This document shows, piece after piece, positions 1-11,752 of a stretch of DNA of 64,000 nt (its first letter is position 1; each line of letters opens with the position of its first letter). This stretch comes from Eledone cirrhosa (lineage: Eukaryota), in contig OZ024763.1 in assembly GCA_964016885.1 (NCBI GenBank), positions 26,846,001 to 26,910,000 of the forward strand. Direction: 5' to 3'. The notes under the pieces are model-generated. The model had not been told where the DNA came from, did not search any database, and saw only the letters and a list, made by a program, of their open reading frames with translations. The translations under genes were made by a program, and so were the position numbers.

Positions 1-19
1 GAGACTCCTAAACACGGTC

Positions 20-1312
20 ATGTTTAGGACAATCTCGAACAAAAGTAAAAAACCAGCTCAACCATCACAGAGCGAGATAGAGCTGGTTTTAAAAGACGTC
101 ATGAAGGACATCACCTTCATTCAGAAGGATAGACTCTACGGGAGTCTATCCATTCTCATGAAGGACAGGGACACAGCAGTGAAACTGTCCATCAAACCAA
201 TCACATCCACCGCATACACCTTCTACCCTACGTACATGGGTAGAAGAACACAAAAAATAAAAATCCACACCATCCTGCCGATTATGGACATATGGTGGGT
301 TTTGACAGGTTTTCTGGACCTGGAGGATGACATGCTGGTGTCCATGGGAAAGGCATCGGGTGACGCGTTCAGTGGAACGAGCCTCGAACTTGTAGTTCAA
401 ATGAGGCCCGAAAGGATCGCCCAGATCCCTGAACGCGTCATACTGGATGATCTAACCTTCATCAACATTACCGTTGAGGGTAGACGGCCCTCGTGTTACC
501 TCTGCGGAACCAGAGGTCACCTGAGGGCTGTCTGTCCCCAACTTAATAAGAAAACCCCAATCCTGCCTACACCACCAACAACTGCACAACCAACACAATC
601 ACCACAACAACCACTACAAAAACAACCACCACAGCTCAAACCAAAACAAAACAATGTCCAACCCATCCCCTCCACTCAAAAAACAAAAACAATTTCCAAA
701 ACACCCGTACCGCAAACACAACCCGAAAATATACCCCTCCCCTCCAACGCGGAAGATGACCCTAGTTCGTCGTCAGACGAGGAGGAGCACTTCCACACAA
801 TCAAAAGAAAAAAAAGAAAACACACCTCAGACACACAAATGAAAAAAACCCCTCCCCAAAACATAACACTGACACCAACACAAAAGAGCTCACAACAGCA
901 AACAAAAAACACCACACAAAAACAAAAACATGCATACACATACATAAATACAAGAAACAAAAAACTGTTAAACATTGTGTACAACAACAATCTAATAAAA
1001 ACACAAGGGCCTAACTTCACCCAGGCAGGGGATTTCCCCCACCTCAAAATGATTAAGGCCCCACAGGACACCTATAAAACTTTAAAAAACAATTTTAAAG
1101 AGGACGTGGGTCCCCCCTGCGTCGGGCCCATTAACCGAGTCCTCCTAAAAAACTATCCCACCCCCTCCCCAAACACCCTCACAACTCCAAGCTCCCCAAC
1201 CACACAACACACTGATGCCCCCACACTTCCACAAACCACCACCCCACCCAACAACCCATCCCCCACCCTAATGGAAATTGTGCAGCCCGATACCCGGGAC
1301 GCAGAGAGGTAA
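20..1312 (+). CDS. LINE ORF1 (gag-like, CCHC zinc knuckle, Pro/Thr/Gln-rich C-terminus); true start may be upstream
   Basis: CYLCGTRGHLRAVC = CX2CX4HX4C knuckle preceded by VEGRRP, typical of Tx1 ORF1; basic KRKKRK patch. Confidence 0.85.
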   Translation: MFRTISNKSKKPAQPSQSEIELVLKDVMKDITFIQKDRLYGSLSILMKDRDTAVKLSIKPITSTAYTFYPTYMGRRTQKIKIHTILPIMDIWWVLTGFLDLEDDMLVSMGKASGDAFSGTSLELVVQMRPERIAQIPERVILDDLTFINITVEGRRPSCYLCGTRGHLRAVCPQLNKKTPILPTPPTTAQPTQSPQQPLQKQPPQLKPKQNNVQPIPSTQKTKTISKTPVPQTQPENIPLPSNAEDDPSSSSDEEEHFHTIKRKKRKHTSDTQMKKTPPQNITLTPTQKSSQQQTKNTTQKQKHAYTYINTRNKKLLNIVYNNNLIKTQGPNFTQAGDFPHLKMIKAPQDTYKTLKNNFKEDVGPPCVGPINRVLLKNYPTPSPNTLTTPSSPTTQHTDAPTLPQTTTPPNNPSPTLMEIVQPDTRDAER

Positions 1313-1336
1313 GTGCCTTTTCTCTTCACCACCAAC

Positions 1337-4300
1337 ATGGCTATGCTAAGAGTAGGCTGTTTAAATGCGCGTGGCCTGGGCTCAACTTGGAAGCAAGCAA
1401 TGCTTCTAAATGACCTCAGGTCACAACGTATAGATGTGATGGTTATTTGCGAGGCCCGGATCAGCAACGTGCGACAGCTGGCCCCCACCTTTGATGACTT
1501 TGAGATGCACGCATCTCTCTGTCAGCCTGGAGGTGGGGGTGGAGTTGTCGTTCTGCTGCAAAAACATCTGGGTCTCGCAACACAGATGGTACATTTGGAC
1601 CCGGAGGGTCGACTAGTGGTTCTGGACCTTGGCAGTGGTAAAGGCGGAGCGTTTAGGTTGGTAGCCGCCTACGGCCCTTTCGGGTCAATGCGGCCGGACT
1701 TCTTCCATCGTCTGGAGACTTTTCTAGGGACGTCCCGCTCCTTGCTATTAGTGGGGGACTGGAATGGTATCCTAGATGCACGTTGGGACTACGTAGGGGC
1801 CTGCCCCGATAGAGAGGGGTGTAATAGCCTCAAAGGGTTAATCGGTCGATTTGACCTGGCCGATAGATATCGACTAGATTTTCCGACTGCGCCAACCTGG
1901 ACTTGGGCAAATCGTAGCGGATCATCTAGGTCGTACCTAGATAGGTTCTTAGTTAGAATTAAGGATAAGGACTTTTTAAGTTGTCCAAAAATGCGCATTG
2001 TTGGCTATTCAGACCACAAATTAGTGACCTGCATGGTCAACCTTGACAGAACTCATAGACAGGGCCCCGGTTACTGGAAGCTCAACTTGTCCTTGCCGGC
2101 AAGTAGAGCCTACAGGAATCGGATTAGTACGTTAGTTAAGGAACGGTTGACTGGAGCGATCGTCAACAGCAGGTGGTGGGTATCTCTAAAGAGAGAGATT
2201 AGAGTAGTCTCGATAGAATTTAGTAAGGTTCTAGCTGCGGATAGGAATAGGAAGGAAAGGGAGCTAATAGATAGAGTAGAAGAGGCAATTAGAAGCGGCG
2301 ACGTGGCCAGAGTGCTAGCGTCGAGAACGGCTTTGAGCCAGTTTTTCGACGCGAAGCACGAAGGCTGCGTTGTCCGAAGTAAAATACGTGCTCTAGGGAA
2401 CGAGGGGACCAAAGCTGTTAGCTGGGCCCGCGTGACAGAGGCCAACAGTGGAACTAAATCCACCATCCGGTCTTTGCGAGACCTGGATGGACGGGCGATT
2501 CTTGAGCCTAAGCAGATGTGTGAGGCCTTTCAAAGGCACTTTGCCCGACTGTTCGGGAGGGGCGGGGAGCCGGTTGGGAACGTGGACTTCGGTCCATACC
2601 TCGACGGCCTGCCGCGCCTCTCGGACAGGGAGGCGAAGTCCTGCGAGGAGCCGATTTCGGCCGCTGAGATAGAGGACGTGCTGAGCCAATGCGGCAAACG
2701 CAAATCCCCGGGTCTCGATGGTCTTCCTTACGAATTATATCTAGCTATGCCGGACTTGTTCCCCGATCTCCTCGAGGCGGTCTACTGCAACTGGCAACAG
2801 AACGGGAGAATTCCCTGTACTGTGACCAAGGGCGTAGTCACGCTAGTGAGGAAGGACGAGAACAAGGGGGACGAAATAAGTAACTTCAGGCCCATAACAC
2901 TGCTAAATACAGAGTTACAGATTTTGGCCAAGGTGCTAGCAAAGAGGTTGGCGCTTGTCGTGGGCAACCTGGTGGGAGATGCGCAGACATGCGCTATCCC
3001 GTCCAGGTCCATCCATGACAACCTCCACCTCATGCGATACATCATAGAGAGGGTTGGGAACGAACCCGGCTTTGGTGGGGCTCTGATCAACTTGGATCAA
3101 TCTAAGGCGTTCGATAGGGTCGACCATGGTTACCTGGATGCGGTGCTAGCGGCGGCAGGCTTCGGACCCGTTTTCAGGGGCTGGATCACTGCTATGCACA
3201 GCAGCCGCATCTGCTCTAGGGTCAAGGTGAACGGCTACCTCTCGGAGCCGTTCAAAATCGCGCGGTCCATCCGACAAGGGTGCCCTCTCTCCTCCCTTCT
3301 GTATGTATTGACTCTCGAGCCACTACTGCGGAAGTTGGAGTTGTTGCAGGGCATCCCTTTGGAACCGGGATTGCGGAAAGCGGTGTCGGCCTACGCCGAT
3401 GACGTGACAGTAATGGTGTCGACGGCCTCCGAAATCGAGGCGGTCGGCACCTTACTGGAGGAGTACGAAAAGTTCACAGGGGCTAAGCTGAACCGGGACA
3501 AGTCGATCGGTTTGCAACTCGGCACGTGGAGGGGCAGACCGATGCCCTCCGATAGCGTCGTCGGACGCTGGACGGAGGGCCCGGTGAAGTTGCTCGGGGT
3601 CTGGTTCGGACCGGACCTCCAGGTGGAGAAAAACTGGGCGGAGGTTACGAACAGAGTGTTTGCACTGACCCAGAAGTGGGCCAGTTGCAAACTATCCCTG
3701 AAAGGTCGGGCGGAGGTGGCGAACACCTACATAGCGTCCGTCATCTACTACCGCCTGACCGTAGTGCCCTGCCCAAGGGAAACCCTCACCAAGATGGAGC
3801 GCGCGCTCTTCCAATTCCTTTGGAAGAGGCGGGCTCCTATGGTGAGGAGATCCATCTGCTGTCAACACCCTTCGAAAGGAGGGCTGGGGATGCCGTGGCT
3901 AATGATGCGTAAACACGCATTAAGGCTACGGCACCTCTACGTATTCCTCACCGGACAACCGGTGTGGGCCTCGTTTGTGAGACGAACCTTTCCCAGACTC
4001 GTCTCACTCACCGAGCTGCAATCCTGGGTCAAGCAAAGACCGAGAAAACTGGGCGCCTGGCACACTGAGTGTGCCCAGGCGCTCACCGCCCTCTGGCAGG
4101 CGGATCCGGTTATCAGTGGAGACTCCACCGCAACATTCTATAGAGGGCTGGTACGCAGCAGGTGCGACGACGCCCTCGGAGAAGCCCTAGACATGGAGGA
4201 GGACGAACTGGCCAGCCTTTTCGGTAGGACATTCAGCCCGGGACCTATGGACAACTTCCAGAAGTCCCTGGCCTGGCAGTGCTACCGAGGGGCTTTACCC

Positions 4301-4774
4301 GTTCGAGAAAGGCTCTACAGACACGGGCGCCCGGGTAGGGACCCCGCCAAAAAGATCTGTCCCAGATGCGTGTGCGACGAGGAAACCGTTGCACACGCAT
4401 TAGTACACTGCTCGGGCGTAGCCGATCTGTGGGGCTATGTCGAACAACTGCTGTCAAGGGTGGGACCGATCCGGTTGACCACCGAGTCTATTGTAATGAT
4501 CAAGCCGCCTCCCCCCTTCAAAGATGAAGCAGAGGCGGTGTTTCTGTGCGTAATAGCCATGGCGAAAGAGGTTGTATGGTGGACGCGTCTGAAAGGACTG
4601 AGGTCGGGCACCTTTCTCTCTGGCCAACAACTGGTCCGTTTCTTCCGATATCATTTCGGAAGAAGGATCAGGATGGAGAGAGAGGTGCTGCACCCCAGCC
4701 GTTTCTATGAAAGATGGGTGAAAGTGGCGAGAATGGCCCGTGTGAATGGGCCTTCACTCTACATCAGACTATAG
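1337..4774 (+). CDS. LINE ORF2: APE endonuclease + reverse transcriptase + C-terminal zinc finger
   Basis: APE motifs LNARGL, GDWN, SYLDRF, SDH; RT motifs KSPGLDGL, NFRPITLLN, LDQSKAFDRV, RQGCPLS, YADD; zinc finger CPRC..EETVAHALVHC. First ATG is at 1337 (ORF track starts at GTG 1313). Confidence 0.95.
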   Translation: MAMLRVGCLNARGLGSTWKQAMLLNDLRSQRIDVMVICEARISNVRQLAPTFDDFEMHASLCQPGGGGGVVVLLQKHLGLATQMVHLDPEGRLVVLDLGSGKGGAFRLVAAYGPFGSMRPDFFHRLETFLGTSRSLLLVGDWNGILDARWDYVGACPDREGCNSLKGLIGRFDLADRYRLDFPTAPTWTWANRSGSSRSYLDRFLVRIKDKDFLSCPKMRIVGYSDHKLVTCMVNLDRTHRQGPGYWKLNLSLPASRAYRNRISTLVKERLTGAIVNSRWWVSLKREIRVVSIEFSKVLAADRNRKERELIDRVEEAIRSGDVARVLASRTALSQFFDAKHEGCVVRSKIRALGNEGTKAVSWARVTEANSGTKSTIRSLRDLDGRAILEPKQMCEAFQRHFARLFGRGGEPVGNVDFGPYLDGLPRLSDREAKSCEEPISAAEIEDVLSQCGKRKSPGLDGLPYELYLAMPDLFPDLLEAVYCNWQQNGRIPCTVTKGVVTLVRKDENKGDEISNFRPITLLNTELQILAKVLAKRLALVVGNLVGDAQTCAIPSRSIHDNLHLMRYIIERVGNEPGFGGALINLDQSKAFDRVDHGYLDAVLAAAGFGPVFRGWITAMHSSRICSRVKVNGYLSEPFKIARSIRQGCPLSSLLYVLTLEPLLRKLELLQGIPLEPGLRKAVSAYADDVTVMVSTASEIEAVGTLLEEYEKFTGAKLNRDKSIGLQLGTWRGRPMPSDSVVGRWTEGPVKLLGVWFGPDLQVEKNWAEVTNRVFALTQKWASCKLSLKGRAEVANTYIASVIYYRLTVVPCPRETLTKMERALFQFLWKRRAPMVRRSICCQHPSKGGLGMPWLMMRKHALRLRHLYVFLTGQPVWASFVRRTFPRLVSLTELQSWVKQRPRKLGAWHTECAQALTALWQADPVISGDSTATFYRGLVRSRCDDALGEALDMEEDELASLFGRTFSPGPMDNFQKSLAWQCYRGALPVRERLYRHGRPGRDPAKKICPRCVCDEETVAHALVHCSGVADLWGYVEQLLSRVGPIRLTTESIVMIKPPPPFKDEAEAVFLCVIAMAKEVVWWTRLKGLRSGTFLSGQQLVRFFRYHFGRRIRMEREVLHPSRFYERWVKVARMARVNGPSLYIRL

Positions 4775-5116
4775 GTGAGGAAGATGAAAGACCAAGGGAG
4801 CACCCCTTCTCTGTGCTCCTGAGGAGAAGGGTTGCACACTTTTTTCGGGGGTGTGTGCGACCCCCCAAGGCGCCTCCTCTCTATTGAGGATTTTGTTAAA
4901 AATTTTATTTTTTGTTATATCTTATTTTATTTTTATATTTTGTTATTGCCTCCTCCTTATTGAGGACGCCTTTTTGTGTAAACTCCCCCCTTTGTACTTG
5001 TCCCACTTTTGATGCCCTAGTGGCAAATAAAAGAAATATATCTATATATATATATATATAATATTATAATGAAATGACAGGAGGCTGGACTTGTGTAAAT
5101 CCTTGAAAGGTTTATT

Positions 5117-5174
5117 ATACTATGATCATTTCAATGACCGGGTTCCGTATGAATCCGGTGATATCATCAGGTAT
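5117..5174 (-). ncRNA. Type I hammerhead ribozyme fold
   Basis: Minus strand ATAC-CTGATGA-[tATcACCGGaTTC atacg GAAcCCGGTcATt]-GAAA-TGATCA-TA-GTAT-AATAAA; palindromic stem III ATGATCAT. Confidence 0.75.
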
Positions 5175-5651
5175 TCGAAATATAATAAATGAATGTAATA
5201 GATAAATTCCATGGGGCTGAAAATCGAAGACCCGAGGACGACCGCCATCTAGCATATTCCACTTTTGCCGGTCGCCCTCAAGTGAGGGGGCTAAAGCTTA
5301 TAGTGTGCTACTACCGGTCAAATAGAGGAAAACAGAAAGGGAGAGGAAGATAAGTCAGCGTTAATATCATGCCACAAGAAAAAAGACAGAAAGAAGGGGG
5401 AAGAGAAGGAAGAAAAGGAAGAAGGAGAAAAGTCAGGGTTAATGTCGAGCTACAAGAAGAAAGACAGAAAGAAAGAGGAAGAAAGGTCGGTACTAATGTC
5501 AAACTACAGTCAGGCCAGGAATGGCGCGAAAAGAATTTATTCTAAGGGACCCGAATATTAAACTAGTTACTGTGGTTACCCCCGATTGAACCAGGGATAC
5601 ATATTTTAGCACCTTACTGCGCCCTTCTTACCCATCACCAAGTTACCATAC

Positions 5652-5684
<33 letters not shown>

Positions 5685-5725
5685 TACGGAATTGACCAGC
5701 TCTATCCAGTGGTGAACCTCAAACC

Positions 5726-5851
<126 letters not shown>

Positions 5852-5852
5852 A

Positions 5853-6165
5853 TCATCATCATTTTACTTCCGCTTTTCCCTGCTTGCAAGGGTGGGATGG
5901 GTCCTATTCAGCACAGTATCTCTCCACTTGTCACGGTCCTTCGTCATTTCCACCGTGAGTTTCAGCGATCTGAGGTCTGCTCTCACCACCTCCGCCCATG
6001 TTTTTCATGGTCTTCCTCTACTAAGTCTTCTTTCTACTGGCATTTCCTGGCACTTCTTCACCCATCGGTCATCCTCCATGCGCATCACATGTCCATACCA
6101 TCGCAGTCTCCTCTCCCGCACACAACAATTTATCCCTCCCAGACACAGTTTCTCTCAACACATCC
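5853..6165 (-). mobile_element. RTE-clade LINE 3' fragment with (GAT)n tail
   Basis: Minus strand encodes VRERRLRWYGHVMRMEDDRWVKKC..RGRP; ends ccttgcaagcagggaaaagcggaagtaaaatgatgat. Confidence 0.75.
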
Positions 6166-6351
6166 ATATATATATATATATAATAGTAATAAACGAAAGA
6201 TATAACTCTATCGCATCCCTATTTATTTCATTGACATAAATTGACATAAATGCCTTCTTCAGATGAAATACAATATGAGATGTATAAAATGTTATATGAC
6301 ATACTCACAAAAGTGACCTTAACAGATCTTTAACAAGGTCTTTAACTCATT

Positions 6352-6452
<101 letters not shown>

Positions 6453-6602
6453 AAAGGTAAACAGAAATAACAACACAATCGGTACAGTTTATGGAAGGGA
6501 TATATTAGGTTAACGCTTGATATAGCAGGAAGAGGGTCTTAACGTTTCGGACGCGAGTCCTTCATATATATATGAAATATATAATATATTTTTCGAATAT
6601 TA

Positions 6603-6790
6603 ATAATTGTTTCTACTTTAGGCACAAGGCCAGCAATTACCCAGTGCATTACTGGTACTTTATTTTATCGACCCCGTAAGGATGAAAGGCAAAGTCAACC
6701 TCGGCGGGATTTGAACTCAGATCGTAAAGGGACGTAACTATGCTGGAAAGCATGGCGTCCGACCCTCTACCGATACTGCCAATCCACCAT
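6603..6790 (-). mobile_element. tRNA-derived SINE family B (core gcctttcatccttacggggtcgataaaataaagtaccag)
   Basis: A-box-like TGGCAGTATCGG and B-box GAGTTCAAATCC on minus strand; further copies near 8665, 27105, 27425, 28575, 32165, 35250, 53080, 55742, 56310. Confidence 0.8.
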
Positions 6791-7009
6791 TCGATTCGTT
6801 TGCAATTATGCAAACAAGCCTCATTTTTAAAGCTATGTCAGTAGAATGAGCCCCTCATTCTTGCTCTTATGTTGGCATGTAAACAGAGCTGCAGACACTA
6901 ATGTTTATATATATATATGCAGAGGTTATATTTAATTTGTTGGGATTCAACAACCTTACAAATTTTTATAACTGATATAAAGCACTCAACAAGTAAGTGG
7001 AGTAAATAC

Positions 7010-7348
7010 ACAATATATTAATAAATGGAAACTATATTTATAAAACCATATTTATTTTATTATATATATTTCAAGGGCAACCAAGGCAAATTATGGTGCG
7101 GTTTCATCAGATAAAATACAGATTTGTTTTATAAATAAATATTGACATACCCGGAAAAAAAAGATATTATTCTTCCACGCTAATCCCATTCCTTCCTTCA
7201 TTTCCGGGTATGTCAATATTTATTTCTAAAACAAATCTGTATTTTATCTGATGAAAGCGCACCATAATTTGCCCTGGTTGCCCTTGAAATATATATAATA
7301 AAATAAATATGGTTTTATAAATATAGTTTCCATTTATTAATATATTGT
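7010..7348. repeat. Fold-back (inverted repeat) element with a hammerhead fold in each arm (7053-7118 -, 7240-7305 +)
   Basis: ~150-bp arms; TATTTTAT-CTGATGA-stem II-GAAA-TATATA-TA-ATAAAATA (8-bp stem I). Confidence 0.8.
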
Positions 7349-7430
7349 ATATATATATATATATATATATATGTTTCGTTTCTGAATTTGTTTAGCAAGA
7401 TTCTTTATCTGAAATCGTGTGTTGAAACCG

Positions 7431-7945
7431 ATATTGTTATACTTTGGGAGGGTCATGTTGCCAATAAGAAACACACGCACCAGTTGCTTTCACTTCAATT
7501 TAATTTATTAAATATTTATAAATTTACAAATTTATAAATTTCTGGTTGGTTGGTTGGTTCCACAACCAGATAGTTGTTTATATATATATAGTCATAGTTC
7601 TTTCGTCACACACTCTGTGACCTCTTCAGTGACTGGGGATTTCGTTCTTCGTTTCTGTGTCTTTCCTTTCTTCTATCCTACGCCATTTTGTTTGTGTCAA
7701 ATGGCGTAGGATAGAAGAAAGGAAAGACACAGAAACGAAGAACGAAATCCCCAGTCACTGAAGAGGTCACAGAGTGTGTGACGAAAGAACTATGACTATA
7801 TATATATAAACAACTATCTGGTTGTGGAACCAACCAACCAACCAGAAATTTGTAAATTTATAAATATTTAATAAATTAAATTGAAGTGAAAGCAACTGGT
7901 GCGTGTGTTTCTTATTGGCAACATGACCCTCCCAAAGTATAACAA

Positions 7946-7948
<3 letters not shown>
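7431..7948. repeat. ~520-bp near-perfect palindrome with hammerhead folds (7590-7634 -, 7753-7797 +)
   Basis: Arms meet near 7690-7700; AGTCA-CTGAAGA-g-GTCACA gagtg TGTGAC-GAAA-GAAC-TA-TGACT. Confidence 0.8.
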
Positions 7949-8000
<52 letters not shown>

Positions 8001-8230
8001 ATGCTTTGGGAGGGTCATGTTGCCAATAAGAAACACACGCACCATATATATATTATCTCTCTCTCTCTAAAATAACAGATTAAAGTTTAAGCATATATAT
8101 ATGTATATACATGTATTTCCCGTTCTTTGCCAACGAACGTTTCCACGAACCAAAGTATCGTCTTCCTGTCTTCCTCCGGTTGCAACGTTTTTTGAAATAT
8201 CCAGTTCTGCGTTTACAGATTGACTTTGTT

Positions 8231-8281
8231 AGTTTCAGAAGATCCCGTTAAGGGTGAAAGCAGCGATTCTTTGCTTAAACT
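8231..8281 (+). ncRNA. Hammerhead-like fold with variant core (CAGAAGA)
   Basis: AGTTT-CAGAAGA-tCCC gtta aGGGt-GAAA-GCA..TGC-TT-AAACT; second copy at ~57301-57347 (-). Confidence 0.5.
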
Positions 8282-8297
8282 TTAATCTGTTATTTTA

Positions 8298-8359
<62 letters not shown>

Positions 8360-8822
8360 TAAAATAACAGATTAAAGTTTAAGCATATATGTTTATATAT
8401 ATATATATTTTATATATATAAATATATATTATCAGGATAAAACCAGTATTAAACTAGTTAGACTATTATTCAAGAGAGTACTCTATACTTGGGATAGTAT
8501 AGTAGAGTGTGACTATATTTGAAAGAGTCGGGCCCGACGGCTGAGCTCTTGTCGTTTCGACATCACTGTCGAAACGGCAAGAGCTCAGATAAATAGATAT
8601 ATGTCTTTATTTGCCACAAGGGCGCACAAGAAAAGGGGACAATACAAGGACATATGCTTATAGAGTTTCTACTTTTGGCACAAGGCCAACGAATACTCCA
8701 GTGTATTACTGGTACTTTATTTTATCGACCTCGTAAGGATGAATGGCAAAGTTAACCTCGGCGGATTTAAACTCAGCTCAAAATAGATAGATAGATAGAG
8801 AGAGAGAGAGAGAGGGGGGGAG

Positions 8823-8856
<34 letters not shown>

Positions 8857-9160
8857 ATAGAGATAGAGAGGGGGAGATAGATATAGACATATAGAGAGAG
8901 GGGATAGCTAATAGAGAGATAGATAGATAGAGAGAGAGTTAGATAGAGAGAGTGGGGGGAGAGTGAAAGATAGACAGACAGATAGTGAGAGGGAGAGATA
9001 GAGAGAGAGCGAGAAAGAGAGAGAGATAGATAGATAGAGAGAGAGAGAGAGATAGAGATAGATTGATAGAGAGAGAGAGGGAGAGAGAGAGAGAGCTGTA
9101 ATTAGATGGCTTCTCTGTTGTAAAAGCAAGTTATCATCTCCGTCTCCGTTCTGTTAGCTA

Positions 9161-9205
9161 CCGCTAGAGGGCACTTCAGTGTCAGAACTGGCGTCTGACG
9201 TCAGA
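9161..9205 (+). promoter_or_regulatory. Candidate CTCF motif plus palindromic CRE site
   Basis: CCGCTAGAGGGCAC (9161-9174) matches the CTCF core; TCTGACGTCAGA (9194-9205) contains TGACGTCA; unique island between GA microsatellites. Confidence 0.35.
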
Positions 9206-9542
9206 GTTCCACCTAACTGTTGTTTCAGGCTTTTTTGTTTGTTTTCGTTTCTTTTTTTGATTTAATTTTTAAAAACTTTAGTTAGAAATGATAATAAAAA
9301 AAATATAAAAACAAAAATTAACAAAAACAAAAAAAAAAATCTGAAATAAAATATCGCAAATAAATGAGAAAAAAAAGAAAAAACGCCAGCTTTATGATGT
9401 CTTCTCTCTCTCTCTCTCTCTCTCTCTTTGTCTATTACTCTCTCTCTCCCTTTTTCTTTTTCTCTCCCTGTCTCAGTTTTGGTCTGTCTGTCTCTTTCTC
9501 CCTCACGCCTCTCACTCTTCTCTCTTTCTCTCTCCATAACGC

Positions 9543-9632
<90 letters not shown>

Positions 9633-9721
9633 CTCTTCTTCAAAATAGATTCTGTATGTGATTGGTATGTTGAGTGGGCTGGAGGTGATAATGGAGTTTT
9701 TTCATTAATGCACACACACAC

Positions 9722-9791
<70 letters not shown>

Positions 9792-9828
9792 ACACTCACA
9801 CACACACACGCACACACACACACACACA

Positions 9829-9883
<55 letters not shown>

Positions 9884-9988
9884 ACACACACACACACACA
9901 CATTGTTTTTCTTTTTATAATGTTTTTTTTACTTGTTACTTTTTCTATTTTTTGTTAAATTTTGATTTTTGAGGTGAATATTGTTGGA

Positions 9989-10023
<35 letters not shown>

Positions 10024-10026
<3 letters not shown>

Positions 10027-10236
10027 GAACGAGTACGACCCCGACGGCTGAGCTCAAGCCGTTTCGACGGCTAATTCTGGACTGCATTAGTCTCATTAGT
10101 CCAGAATTAGCCGTCGAAATGGCTTGAGCTCAGCCGTCGGGGTCCTACTCGTTCCTATTACCCACTCTACTACCCCAAGTATTGAGTACTTTGGTGCGTT
10201 ATGGTTCACCTGGTTCCTTACCACATTTCCTTCGTT
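10024..10236. repeat. Fold-back element family (ccgacggctgagctcaagccgtttcgac) carrying a 5'-truncated hammerhead
   Basis: GAAAC-GGCT tgagctc AGCC-GTC-GGGGTC; copies at 11748-11950, 13396-13560, 13880-14050, 62571-62842; related copy 8520-8590. Confidence 0.8.
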
Positions 10237-10662
10237 ATATATATATATATATATCTCACTATCGATCTATATCGATATATATCTATCTATCTATATATAT
10301 ATATATATATAGATAGATATATATCGATATAGATCGATAGTGAGAGATAGAGAGAGAGAGAGAGAGAGACAGACAGTGGGAAGGGATAGGTAGTTAGATA
10401 GGTAGTTAGATAGATAGAGAGATATGAAGAAGAAAAAAAGCTATATATATGTATATATGGAAACAATGATGACGACGACGATGGTGTTGCTGATGATGAA
10501 GATGATGATGATGATAACGACGATAACGACGATGTTGGCGATGATGACGATGATGGCGATGAAACCGACGTAATATTTGCCGAACGACGGAATTTATGCT
10601 AAATATAAAAAGAGAGATGCTGCAACGCGCGTGTGCGTGTGTGTGTGTGTGTGTGTGGGGGG

Positions 10663-10699
<37 letters not shown>

Positions 10700-10764
10700 G
10701 GTCTGTCTGTGTGTGTGTCTGTGTATGGGTCTGTGTGTGTATGTGTGTGTGTGTGTGTGTATGG

Positions 10765-10807
<43 letters not shown>

Positions 10808-10923
10808 TGAGTGTGATCTATATTATGGTGGCGCCTCCTACAGGCAGCGATCGATAATAGCTGACACATTTACATGTTAATGCAAAATATGCAGAACATA
10901 GCATCAATGAATTCTTCTGATCG

Positions 10924-11009
<86 letters not shown>

Positions 11010-11035
11010 CGTGTGTGTGATTGTATATATAGATG

Positions 11036-11105
<70 letters not shown>

Positions 11106-11130
11106 CATCTATATATACAATCACACACAC

Positions 11131-11192
<62 letters not shown>

Positions 11193-11287
11193 AAAATAAC
11201 AGATTAGCTCTACGGTTCTTATATATTTGATGTATATTTATCCTTATCGAGCCCTCTTTGGATTTTAGTCTTCAAATTTATTATTAT

Positions 11288-11324
<37 letters not shown>

Positions 11325-11329
11325 TAGAT

Positions 11330-11640
11330 AAGGGGCAGATATTGCAATAGTCTGGGGTTCAAGGGCCCTCAACTCTTCAACAAGCTGCCGAGGGATCTGA
11401 GAGATCTGCATGGTGTGGATGTGGATGTTTTCAAGGAACATCTCGACACCTTGCTATCCAGGATCCCGGATGAGCCCACAGCAAGCCACGAGGGAAACCC
11501 AAGGGCAGCAGCAACGAACTCCCTCTTAAACCCAGTGGCCAACCAATGCAGGCTGGAGATAAAATGTGTAGCAACAAGGGCGGTGCCCCAGCATGGCCTC
11601 AGCCGGATGGCTGGAACAGGTAAAAGATTAAAAGAGTAAT
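11330..11640 (+). mobile_element. CR1-like LINE 3' fragment
   Basis: Encodes SLGFKGPQLFNKLPRDLRD..VDVFKEHLDTLLSRIPDEP..NSL, the typical CR1-group ORF2 C-terminus; flanked by (TA)n. Confidence 0.65.
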
Positions 11641-11662
11641 ATATATATATATAAATATTTAT

Positions 11663-11752
<90 letters not shown>

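Larger units (their letters stand above)
1..5035 (+). mobile_element. Tx1/L1-clade non-LTR retrotransposon, apparently intact, 3' end abutting (TA)n; 5' end lies outside the window
   Basis: Two uninterrupted ORFs (zinc-knuckle ORF1; APE-RT-CCHC ORF2), a ~260-nt 3'UTR with a T-rich tract, AATAAA at 5026-5031, then a short A-rich tail running into (TA)n. Confidence 0.93.

Noticed and set aside
5240-5285. Two CTCF-like motifs
   Set aside because: Partial matches inside a probable repeat element; not distinguishable from chance
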